Assembly: GCA_964607485.1 (NCBI GenBank)
Contig: CAZSKP010000013.1
Span: forward strand, 1 to 21,355
Origin: an uncultured bacterium
Lineage (GTDB): Bacteria > Abyssobacteria > SURF-5
Reading direction: 5' to 3'
DNA: 21,355 nucleotides
In this document: positions 1 to 7,449 of the stretch, piece by piece
How positions within the stretch are numbered: position 1 is the first letter of the stretch
Layout: the number at the start of each line of letters is the position of its first letter
The notes under the pieces: model-generated
What the model was told of the DNA's origin: nothing
The model's database searches: none
The model's input: only the letters and a program-made list of their open reading frames with translations
Translations under genes and position numbers: made by a program

Positions 1-59
1 ATTATGAGGAGAGCGCTCGCGGTGATGCAGAGTATGGGAATCCGCCATTGCTGTTTCAT
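1..59 (-). CDS. 5' end of a probable exported/membrane protein running off the left edge
   Basis: ATG at 59 reads MKQQWRIPILCITASALLI..., a basic N-terminus followed by a hydrophobic stretch like a signal peptide. It is co-oriented with the upstream operon. Only 19 codons are visible. Confidence 0.45.
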   Translation of the reverse strand, partial: MKQQWRIPILCITASALLI

Positions 60-157
60 CCAATAGTGGTCTTGTCGGTAATCCGCTTATTCTACCCGGC
101 TCTCTGAACCCCGCTCTCTTCAGGCAGGGGGCGAATGCAATCCGTTTGGTCTTCCGT

Positions 158-1054
158 TCACGATGCGCTGGCCGGATCGTTCGGAAGCTCGGGTTCGGCG
201 GGAACTGTCTGCACCAGCTGACCCGTGACGTGTCCGATAAAGGTCCTGCTTCTCATCCTGAGCGGGATGCGCGGCTCGGACTCGCTCAGCCAAAGCGTCA
301 TCTGCCTCACCTTAGGCGGTTTATTTTTCTTCTCATCTTCGATCTTGTGGAATCTCGGCTCGATCCGGAGCGCATCGAATTCGCGGTCGGCGGCCGAGAT
401 TCTGTCGCGGGCCGTCACACTGTATTCCAGCGCATAGGAGTCGTCGCCGACGAGCACCGTGAATGCGCCCGAATCGCCCACTTTCAGGGGCTGCTGGCAT
501 ATGATCAGGCCCAGGCAGACGGGGTCGATCGTGTTGGCGTCGAGGCAGATGGTTTTCCGCTTGGCCTCCCCTTTCTTCCAGCGCGTATAGTGAGCCTCCG
601 AGGATTCGTAATCGAAAACAGTCTCGGTTTTCTTGAGCCTTCTGTTCTGCTGCTCGTCCACGTCGATTCTTCTCGCTCGTCCGGTCAAAGCATCCACCAC
701 GGCGACCGCATGCGCTCTGAATCTCCAGAAGATGTCCACAAGCTTCGAGGTTCGCGCGGTTCCCCTGAAGCGGTAATACGGCCGGTTTCCCTCGTCTTCG
801 AGGCTTACGACGACTTTGCTTTCCGCCGATGGGATTCCGTTCCAGGCAAACTTGTACAGATATGTCCCCTGAGGGATTTCCGGTCTGTACGGGGAATCGG
901 GCTGAAGCGCGGGCGCGACTGCAGGCGAAGCTCCGGCCGCGGGGCCGGTTCCGGCCGTAAGTATGACCATCGCGGCCGCAAAGGCGGAGCCGACCAACGC
1001 CATTCGACAGCCGAGCATGCTCCGCAGGATTGGCAACGGCGAGGGAATTCTCAC
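158..1054 (-). CDS. DUF3108-like exported beta-rich protein
   Basis: 298-aa ORF with an N-terminal hydrophobic signal and a Pro/Ala linker. Motifs YKFAWNGIP, TIDPV and MTLWLSESEPRIPLRMRSRTFIGHV resemble DUF3108. The GTG start overlaps the upstream TGA (GTGA, 1051-1054); the true start may be a downstream ATG. Confidence 0.75.
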   Translation of the reverse strand: MRIPSPLPILRSMLGCRMALVGSAFAAAMVILTAGTGPAAGASPAVAPALQPDSPYRPEIPQGTYLYKFAWNGIPSAESKVVVSLEDEGNRPYYRFRGTARTSKLVDIFWRFRAHAVAVVDALTGRARRIDVDEQQNRRLKKTETVFDYESSEAHYTRWKKGEAKRKTICLDANTIDPVCLGLIICQQPLKVGDSGAFTVLVGDDSYALEYSVTARDRISAADREFDALRIEPRFHKIEDEKKNKPPKVRQMTLWLSESEPRIPLRMRSRTFIGHVTGQLVQTVPAEPELPNDPASAS

Positions 1055-1572
1055 TTGCGTTTCAGTTTGGTCTCGATCTGCCTCAGCAGCAGAGAGAGTT
1101 CGTCGAGGTCGAGCTTCGCCAAGAAACCTCTTGGCTCCTCGATACCCAACCTGTCCTCTATTCTTTGCACAAGTTCGTCCTTGGAGAGTTTCTTAAGTTG
1201 CGCTTTAATGCGCACTTCGAGCGCGTCCAGGTCGAACGGTTTCGTGAGATAATCGTCTCCGCCGCATTTCTGTCCCTCGATGCGGCTTTGGGCGTCGTCT
1301 GAGGCGGTCAGGAAAATTATGGGAATCGCGCGGAATTTGGGGTCGGACTTGAGCACCCGGCACAGCCAGAAACCGTCCATCCTCGGCATCATCACGTCGA
1401 GCAGGATCAGGCTCGGTTTCGAAGACTTTACCTTCTTGAGGGCTTCCTGCCCCGTACTCGCCTGAACGACCTCATATCCCTTTGCCTCGAGGAAAGCTCG
1501 TGTAATGTCGAGGATATCCTCGTCGTCGTCGATGATCAGGATGCGAGACTTATCGGTCTTTTTAGCAGCCAT
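1051..1572 (-). CDS. Response regulator: CheY-like receiver domain plus a ~45-aa helical C-terminal tail
   Basis: Intact receiver motifs: ILIIDDD, LLDVMMP (phosphoacceptor Asp), FLTAS, YLTKPF. RBS-like GAGGTGAG upstream of the ATG. No recognisable HTH or GGDEF output domain. Confidence 0.92.
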   Translation of the reverse strand: MAAKKTDKSRILIIDDDEDILDITRAFLEAKGYEVVQASTGQEALKKVKSSKPSLILLDVMMPRMDGFWLCRVLKSDPKFRAIPIIFLTASDDAQSRIEGQKCGGDDYLTKPFDLDALEVRIKAQLKKLSKDELVQRIEDRLGIEEPRGFLAKLDLDELSLLLRQIETKLKRK

Positions 1573-1615
1573 TGTCTCTCACCTCTCACGGAGCGCCATG
1601 AACGCCGAAGGCGCG

Positions 1616-2380
1616 TCAGCCCTCATCGGGCGGGAATCTGTTCATCAGCTCATGGTACAGTCTGTGGCCTATCGCCAGGCCGAGCTCGATGAATTCCGGC
1701 CCGTACTTCATTCCCGTCTGTGACCGAAACGTGGTGGCGATTCTCTTGACGCCGTCCATGCCTTTCGGAAAGTGGGCCAGGAGCACCCTTATGGGGACCT
1801 CATCGGGCGATACCATGTCCCAGAGTGTCTCGGTAAAGTTGTCCGGCCCCCATCGAAACTTGTCCGCGTCGTACAGCGCGTCGCTGAGCATCTGTCCCTC
1901 AGCGGATTCGATCGGAACCGGATCGACGAACGCCTCATGGTTCTCGATGGAACGGACTATCCAATCCCGCTCGGAGTCCTCAAGCGGGAAGTCGGCCAAT
2001 ATTTCGGCCGCCGCCGCCGCGCTCTGGCGGGCATGGCTGGGCACGCGTCTCTTGATGTCGTGGAGCAGGGAGGCCAACTGGACGAGGAACACCGACCTCT
2101 CGATACGTTCCGACGGGGTTCCCCTCATGGCCGATTCGTTTTGCACGATAGCGCCGGCGTCCGTCGCGACCTTTTCCGAATGCCTGAGGCCGTGTCCGAA
2201 ATGCTCGTCTCTCTCCATCACAATTTGCCGAGATTTGTCGAGGATGGGATCGGAACAGAGCATTTCGCGGGACACCTCCCTCTCCCGACTCAAATCTACG
2301 TAGAACCTTGGAGTGACAAAGGTTTTGGCTATCTCTTTCGCCAGCGTGCTGGCCTGCTTGTAATCCTCTGCGGCCGTCAT
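1616..2380 (-). CDS. HD-superfamily metal-dependent phosphohydrolase
   Basis: GHGLRHSEKV ... LLHDIKR ... IENHE ... LYDADK gives the H...HD...H...D metal-ligand pattern. No GYP motif. Confidence 0.85.
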   Translation of the reverse strand: MTAAEDYKQASTLAKEIAKTFVTPRFYVDLSREREVSREMLCSDPILDKSRQIVMERDEHFGHGLRHSEKVATDAGAIVQNESAMRGTPSERIERSVFLVQLASLLHDIKRRVPSHARQSAAAAAEILADFPLEDSERDWIVRSIENHEAFVDPVPIESAEGQMLSDALYDADKFRWGPDNFTETLWDMVSPDEVPIRVLLAHFPKGMDGVKRIATTFRSQTGMKYGPEFIELGLAIGHRLYHELMNRFPPDEG

Positions 2381-2418
2381 CTAACCCGTCCCTTACAGGC
2401 ATGGCGCAACATCGCGAA

Positions 2419-2447
2419 ATTATAGCATAGGCTCGGCCCTTTTTCAA
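2419..2447 (-). promoter_or_regulatory. Sigma70 promoter for the HD / receiver / DUF3108 operon
   Basis: Minus strand TTGAAA-17 nt-TATAAT with an extended -10 TG (TGcTATAAT), about 40 nt upstream of the ATG at 2380. Confidence 0.8.
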
Positions 2448-2473
2448 CTTCCGCAGGCCGTCGAGAGGCTCTG

Positions 2474-2503
2474 TTGAACTATGGGCCCAAGGTATGATAT
2501 AAG
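2474..2503 (+). promoter_or_regulatory. Sigma70 promoter for the DUF4203 / HEAT / pyrophosphorylase operon
   Basis: TTGAAC-18 nt-TATAAG with TG extension (TGaTATAAG), back-to-back with the minus-strand promoter. Confidence 0.55.
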
Positions 2504-2635
2504 CTAGTATGTTCGACCGAAATTCATGTCGAGCGCGCTGACGCGAACCTTTCGGCGTTGCATCGAGGGTCGCTCAAAACGAGCAAGGCCTGCTCGTTCC
2601 CTAAGGGCCGGCAAACATAGGGGGCGAACGTTCCG

Positions 2636-3259
2636 ATGGACATTCAGACATTCGGTCTCTTGTGGTTGGTGGCCGCCTTCTTGATGGGCCTCCTCAACTG
2701 TTTTTTCGGGTATCGTCTTTTCATAGTGATTGTTGCGCTCCTGGGCCTGATACTGGGCGCCTCGCTCGGGTATCTTATCGGGAGTTGGGTAGAGGGGGGC
2801 GTCGTCACGGTTGTCCTGGTTATCATCCTCGGCTTGATCGGGGCGTGGGCCAGCGTGTCGGGATACTATGCTTTCATCTTTGTGGTGGGTGCATTCGGGT
2901 TCGCCTTGCTCGCGGCGTTTGTGTGGGGGATTTACAGCGAAAGTGTTTCGGTATTGCTGCTCATCCTGGTCGGTCTGGTGGGCGGTTTCGTGGCACTGTG
3001 GCTTCAGAGAATAATCATAATTATTGCGACCGCCGCGCAGGGGGCGCTGGCTTCGGTGTTTGCCGTGGCCGCTCTTGTGTCCGGAGGAGGCGTGGAGGCA
3101 TACCGGAGTCTGTTCTACCGCTTCCTCGATGGGGAGCTGCCGCGAACCGGGGGTGTGTGGTTCTATTTAGGCACGCTGCTGTGGCTCATTCTTTTTGCGT
3201 TCGGACTGGTTGCGCAATTTACACGCGGAAAGGAAATGTACAGGCGCAAGCGAACCTAG
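2636..3259 (+). CDS. DUF4203 / TMEM198-like multi-pass membrane protein
   Basis: 207 aa, almost entirely Gly-rich TM helices. GLLNCFFGYRLF at the N-terminus, IIIIATAAQGA, and a C-terminal GLVAQF match this family. Confidence 0.8.
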   Translation: MDIQTFGLLWLVAAFLMGLLNCFFGYRLFIVIVALLGLILGASLGYLIGSWVEGGVVTVVLVIILGLIGAWASVSGYYAFIFVVGAFGFALLAAFVWGIYSESVSVLLLILVGLVGGFVALWLQRIIIIIATAAQGALASVFAVAALVSGGGVEAYRSLFYRFLDGELPRTGGVWFYLGTLLWLILFAFGLVAQFTRGKEMYRRKRT

Positions 3260-3301
3260 AGTCTGTTCCGGCCGAATCGCCCGACCGGCAGGAGGTGTGT
3301 T

Positions 3302-4237
3302 ATGGCCGATGTTGACGCGCTCATTGGAAAGCTGAGATTGGGGGACTACTATTCTCGCAGCACGGCGGCGCGCGCGCTGGGCGAGATTGGCGGAGAAAAG
3401 GCGACGGCCGCGCTCATCGAGGCGCTCCACGACGAAGACGACTGGGTGAAGGAATATGCCGCCGAGGCGCTGGGCAAGCTGGCGTGCGAACAAGCCGTTG
3501 GGCCACTGGGCGAGCTCCTGAGTTCAAGCAACTATAAGGTGCAGAGCTCGGCCGCCGAGGCGCTGGGCAAGATCGGAGGAGACGAGGCTCGCAAGCTGCT
3601 CGAACCATTGAAAAATGATAGCGATACGTGGGTGCGAGAGGCCGTGCTTAGCGCGCTCAGCAATATCTCCGACGAGAAGCCGGCGGTCGAGAGCCAGACG
3701 CCCCCGCGAGTGCCGGAGTCGCTGCGTGGGGCGGAAGACGAAGTGGAGCCCGAGCTGGCGATGAGCGAGGCGCCCGTCGAGCCGGAACGAAGGCCGCCTT
3801 CCCCGGCACGCATTCTGGCCGACCGAACTCCCCGCACGCCGGAAGAGATAGTGGAGCTGATAGCCGAGAGCGCCTCCATTAAATACAAGGCCACAAGCTC
3901 CGGGTTTCTGCTGCGAGTGTCGGTGGGCGGAGGCAGGCACCAGAAAGTCCGACTCAAATTCAACTCCACCGACGAGGAAGGTTCCCCGATTATCCAGATC
4001 TTTACGCTCATAGCGCCGGCTCAGCCGGCGCATTATCACTGGGCCTTAAAGTTGAATCCCGGTTTCTCCTACGGAGCAATCGGCATAGTGAAAATCGACG
4101 GCAAGGAATTTCTCGCAATCACAAATACTCTCCTGGAGGAAAACGTTGACCCGAAAGCGCTCGAAAAATCCATCAGGGCCATCGCCAATAGAGGCGACGC
4201 GCTCGAAAAGAAACTCCTCCGAAAAGACTCGTGGTGA
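3302..4237 (+). CDS. HEAT-repeat (PBS lyase-like) protein with a C-terminal YbjN/CesT-like chaperone-fold domain
   Basis: Strong RBS AGGAGG. Four ~31-aa repeats (e.g. LIEALHDEDDWVKEYAAEALGKL), then an acidic Pro-rich linker, then a ~130-aa domain GRHQKV...IIQIFT...ALKLN...YGAIGI...IANRGDALEKKLLRKDSW. The HEAT call is firm; the C-terminal domain call is moderate. Confidence 0.8.
   Translation: MADVDALIGKLRLGDYYSRSTAARALGEIGGEKATAALIEALHDEDDWVKEYAAEALGKLACEQAVGPLGELLSSSNYKVQSSAAEALGKIGGDEARKLLEPLKNDSDTWVREAVLSALSNISDEKPAVESQTPPRVPESLRGAEDEVEPELAMSEAPVEPERRPPSPARILADRTPRTPEEIVELIAESASIKYKATSSGFLLRVSVGGGRHQKVRLKFNSTDEEGSPIIQIFTLIAPAQPAHYHWALKLNPGFSYGAIGIVKIDGKEFLAITNTLLEENVDPKALEKSIRAIANRGDALEKKLLRKDSW
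3314..3667 (+). repeat. Four coding HEAT repeats with a 93-nt period
   Basis: Exact 21-nt repeat GCCGCCGAGGCGCTGGGCAAG at 3458-3478 and 3551-3571 (AAEALGK), 93 nt apart. Confidence 0.8.
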
Positions 4238-5687
4238 GCCCCCCGAAGAGACGAGGCTCGAGGTCGGACATCCCGACCCGGAAAAGCAGGAGATAATAGA
4301 GGCGACCGTTCGGGCCGGGCAGGGCCACGTATTCCGATGGTGGGATGAAATCGGAGAGGCTGGAAGAGACCGCCTGGTCCAGCAACTGTCCCTGATCGAC
4401 TTCGATGCGCTGAATGAGCTGTACGCTCAATGGGAAGCGGGGAAAGCACGTCTTCCGGAGGAAGCTATCGAGCCAGCCGAGGTGATTCACATTCCCGAGA
4501 CGGAGGACGACGTTGCGGCGTGGCAGAATGCCCTCCGCGTCGGAGAACGGGCCGTTGGGGCGGGCGAGGTTGCCGTGTTCGTCGTTGCGGGCGGACAGGC
4601 GACAAGGCTCGGCGTGGAGGCGCCGAAGGGAACGCTCGAGATAACGCCCATAAAGGGCAAATCGATATTCGAGCACCATGCGGAAAAGATTCGGGCGGTC
4701 TCAAAGCGGTATGAGACAAGGTTGCCCTTCTACATCATGACGAGCGAAACGAACGACGCGCCCACGCGCGAGTTCTTCGAGGCGAACGAATATTTCGGTC
4801 TCGCGCCCTCGGATGTGTTTTTCTTCAAGCAGGAGATGATGCCCGCGCTCGATCTTGACGGCAAGCTCATGCTCGACGAGAAGGACCACATCTTTACCAG
4901 TCCGAACGGACACGGCGGTTCGATCAGTTCGTTGAAGAGCTCCGGCGCGCTGGCGGACATGCGGGCGCGAGGAGTGAAACATATCTTCTACTTTCAGGTT
5001 GACAACGTTCTGATCAAGATGGCCGACCCCGTCTTCATCGGATACCACATCGAGAAACGAGCCGATATGTCGGCAAAAGTGGCGCCCAAACGCGACCCGG
5101 ATGAAAAGGTCGGCGTCGTCTGTCGAACGGGGGCCGAGACGACGGTCATAGAGTACAGCGACCTGCCCGACGAGCAAAAACACGCCCGGAACAGGGACGG
5201 CTCGCTCAAGTTCTCAGCCGGAAACCTTGCCATCCACGTTCTCGACGTCGGGTTCGTCGAGTGGTTGAACGAGAAGGAACATTCACTCCCGTTCCACATT
5301 GCCGAGAAGACGACGCCGTTCCTGGATGACGACGGCAGGCTGGTTAATCCAACGAAGAAGAACGGGCTGAAGTTCGAGAAGTTCGTCTTCGACGCGTTGA
5401 ATCGGGCGCGCGCCACCGCCATACTTGAAGTGGACCGGGAAGAAGAGTTCGCTCCGATCAAGAATGCAACGGGTGAGGACAGCCCCGACTCCGCGCTTCG
5501 GCTGATGACGAAACTCTACGCGAAATGGCTCGAGGCGGCGGGTGTGCGCGTGCCGCGGGATTCCGAGGGGCGGGTCGACAGTTTATTGGAGATAAGCCCC
5601 CTGTTTGCGCTGGACGCCGAAGAGCTGAAGCAAAAGCTCCCGGCTTCCTTCGAGGTAAAACTTCCACTCTATCTTGGGCCCGACTGA
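4146..5687 (+). CDS. UDPGP type 1 family nucleotidyltransferase (UAP1-like UDP-N-acetylhexosamine / UDP-sugar pyrophosphorylase)
   Basis: Motifs AGGQATRLG...PKG, YIMTS, SPNGHG, FQVDN, IEYSD, KFEKFVFD, EFAPIKN. The start is uncertain: TTG at 4146 has GGAGGA 5 nt upstream. Confidence 0.92.
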   Translation: MTRKRSKNPSGPSPIEATRSKRNSSEKTRGEPPEETRLEVGHPDPEKQEIIEATVRAGQGHVFRWWDEIGEAGRDRLVQQLSLIDFDALNELYAQWEAGKARLPEEAIEPAEVIHIPETEDDVAAWQNALRVGERAVGAGEVAVFVVAGGQATRLGVEAPKGTLEITPIKGKSIFEHHAEKIRAVSKRYETRLPFYIMTSETNDAPTREFFEANEYFGLAPSDVFFFKQEMMPALDLDGKLMLDEKDHIFTSPNGHGGSISSLKSSGALADMRARGVKHIFYFQVDNVLIKMADPVFIGYHIEKRADMSAKVAPKRDPDEKVGVVCRTGAETTVIEYSDLPDEQKHARNRDGSLKFSAGNLAIHVLDVGFVEWLNEKEHSLPFHIAEKTTPFLDDDGRLVNPTKKNGLKFEKFVFDALNRARATAILEVDREEEFAPIKNATGEDSPDSALRLMTKLYAKWLEAAGVRVPRDSEGRVDSLLEISPLFALDAEELKQKLPASFEVKLPLYLGPD

Positions 5688-5693
5688 GCAGCT

Positions 5694-6674
5694 TCAGCGC
5701 GGAAGGCTCCTGCTTTTCCAGTGCCACTCAACGGTTTCGGCGACGGCCTCGACGTTGTCCTTCTTTGGCGCGTATCCCAGCAGATTCCTCGCCTTCTCTA
5801 TGTCGAACACGTAATCCGCGAACGGCACTTCTTTGTGCTCGGCCAGAAGCATCGGCCGCCCGATGGCGGCCATCGCGGCCATCGCAGCGCGGGCGAGCGT
5901 CTTGTTTACGCAAGTCACCTTGGACTTGGAGCCGACGCGTTGGACCACTCGTTCGGCCATCTTGCGGACGGTCGGCACCGTGGCGGGGTCCGACGCGATG
6001 TTGAACGCTTCGCCGGCTGCCTTCGCCGACTCCGCCGCGAGGATGCACGCCTCGGCCACGTCCGAGCAGGCGACGACCTGATGACGGTTCTCACCGTTGC
6101 CGGCGATGCGGATGGGTTTCCCCCGCCCGACGTCCTCGAACATCTTCAGGTAGAACTTCTCGTGCCAATAGCCCGGCCCGAAAATCATCGGCATGCGCAT
6201 CATGACCACCTCGATGCCGAAGTCGGCCGAGCAGCGCGCGCACAGGTCCTCGCAGTCGAGCTTGTTCCTGCTGTAAGTCCCCAGCAGCTTCTTGGGGGCG
6301 TCCTCCGCGCAGGGGGTTGTGTCGGGGATGCCGTATATCTCCACCGACGATGAGAAGACGAACCGCTTCACCGATTCGGATACCGCCGCCGCGAGCATAT
6401 TCTCGGTGCCCCGTACGTTGACCGAATGAAACGTCTCGTCGGATGACCGCGTCTGCGGCAGCAGCGCGGCCAGGTGAAACACGACGTCAATTTCCTTACA
6501 GGCCGAACGCGCCGTGTCGGCGTTGCGCACGTCGCCCCGCATCGCCTCCGCTCCCTCGGGCATGCCGTCGGACGGTTTCACGTCGAGTGTGCGCACGCGA
6601 TGCCCCCGGCGGAGGAGTTCCTCCGTCAGGCATCGACCCAGTAATCCATTCCCCCCCGTAACCAGCGCGAACAT
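5694..6674 (-). CDS. Extended SDR, NAD-dependent epimerase/dehydratase (3-beta-HSD-like)
   Basis: Start reassigned to ATG 6674 (MFALVTGGNGLLG, GxxGxxG), which has GAGGA upstream. VFHLAA, FSSSVEIYG and catalytic YSRNK (YxxxK) are present. 326 aa. Confidence 0.9.
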   Translation of the reverse strand: MFALVTGGNGLLGRCLTEELLRRGHRVRTLDVKPSDGMPEGAEAMRGDVRNADTARSACKEIDVVFHLAALLPQTRSSDETFHSVNVRGTENMLAAAVSESVKRFVFSSSVEIYGIPDTTPCAEDAPKKLLGTYSRNKLDCEDLCARCSADFGIEVVMMRMPMIFGPGYWHEKFYLKMFEDVGRGKPIRIAGNGENRHQVVACSDVAEACILAAESAKAAGEAFNIASDPATVPTVRKMAERVVQRVGSKSKVTCVNKTLARAAMAAMAAIGRPMLLAEHKEVPFADYVFDIEKARNLLGYAPKKDNVEAVAETVEWHWKSRSLPR

Positions 6675-6723
6675 TACAATTAGTTCCTCAGCGCAAGTGT
6701 CAGTGGCGCAAACAGTCCGCAAT

Positions 6724-6752
6724 ATTAAACCACACGCCGCCGATTTATTCAA
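6724..6752 (-). promoter_or_regulatory. Sigma70 promoter for the SDR gene
   Basis: Minus strand TTGAAT-17 nt-TTTAAT with TG extension, 50 nt upstream of ATG 6674. Confidence 0.55.
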
Positions 6753-6801
6753 TGCTGAATCTTGCCATATCCCGTTTTGAAGGAGAAGCGGGAACGAGCG
6801 C

Positions 6802-6830
6802 TTGACAGTACGGAGAGCGGAAACTAAAAT
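6802..6830 (+). promoter_or_regulatory. Sigma70 promoter for the membrane protein / GMC unit
   Basis: TTGACA-17 nt-TAAAAT, one mismatch from consensus. Confidence 0.8.
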
Positions 6831-6972
6831 AGTTTTCGAATTAGTAGTATCCATTCCGGAATTAATTGACCGGGTCGGTTTCTTTTCCCTCTTGGGTGAA
6901 GCCGAGGAGGAACATAGCCGCGGCGCTTGTCCGGTTCCGTCGGGTAGACGCCTGCACAAGAAGGAGGTCGCG

Positions 6973-7383
6973 ATGTTCATTACGCTCCTGCTCGTCACGT
7001 TTGCCACCGCGGCGTTCGTCTCGTTCATTGCGGTGAGGTTCTTCGCTGCGCCGATATCTAGCATCCTCGACCGGATCATTGCCGACAACATTGCGGCCGC
7101 CTGGGAAAAATATCTGAGGTTCGCTATCTATGTTGTTGGCATATCGGGTGGCGTGCGCATTCGATACCTAGAGCGTTATATCACTGCCGGTTACAAACAG
7201 GAGAATCCGATCGAACTGACATCCGAAAGATGGATACTCGAGCTTTACCGCACGGTGATTGAGGCGCTCCAGTCCATCGCATGGATGCTACTCGTATTCT
7301 TTGTCTTTGCTCTTATCGCATATGTGATCATCAAGATTTTTGAATCGAGACGACCGGTCGGAAGCGAGCGAGAAGCCCAGTGA
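6973..7383 (+). CDS. Hypothetical small membrane protein (3 predicted TM helices)
   Basis: Start reassigned to ATG 6973, preceded by AAGGAGGT. 136 aa with hydrophobic segments and the motifs AWEKYLRFAIYVVGISGGVRI and RWILELYRTVI. Confidence 0.8.
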   Translation: MFITLLLVTFATAAFVSFIAVRFFAAPISSILDRIIADNIAAAWEKYLRFAIYVVGISGGVRIRYLERYITAGYKQENPIELTSERWILELYRTVIEALQSIAWMLLVFFVFALIAYVIIKIFESRRPVGSEREAQ

Positions 7384-7449
7384 GAAGAAGGATGCCCTGG
7401 CTGGTCGTTAATTCGATAACGTGAGGCAAGGGCGGGGGAGGAAGAGGAA

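Noticed and set aside
146-1252. 368-aa plus-strand ORF
   Set aside because: Antisense shadow of two well-supported genes, with no motifs. Such shadows are expected at this GC content.
1616-2380. HD protein as an HD-GYP phosphodiesterase or Cas3 HD nuclease
   Set aside because: No GYP motif, no helicase partner, and no cas or CRISPR context.
3458-3571. 21-nt direct repeat as a possible CRISPR or recombination repeat
   Set aside because: Only two copies, in frame, 93 nt apart, both encoding AAEALGK of HEAT repeats. No cas genes are present.
4146-5687. Labelling the pyrophosphorylase glmU or galU
   Set aside because: It lacks the hexapeptide-repeat acetyltransferase domain of GlmU, and its motifs are those of the UDPGP type 1 family, not bacterial GalU.
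6752-6768. Sigma54-like TGGCA...GC motif on the minus strand
   Set aside because: GG and GC are 9 nt apart rather than the required 10.
6802-6972. TTG-initiated extension of the membrane protein ORF
   Set aside because: The TTG is the -35 box TTGACA. ATG 6973 has a perfect AAGGAGGT.
6675-7091. 139-aa N-terminal extension of the SDR ORF (5694..7091)
   Set aside because: It runs through two promoters and antisense to the 6973 gene. The Rossmann motif begins right after ATG 6674, which has its own RBS.
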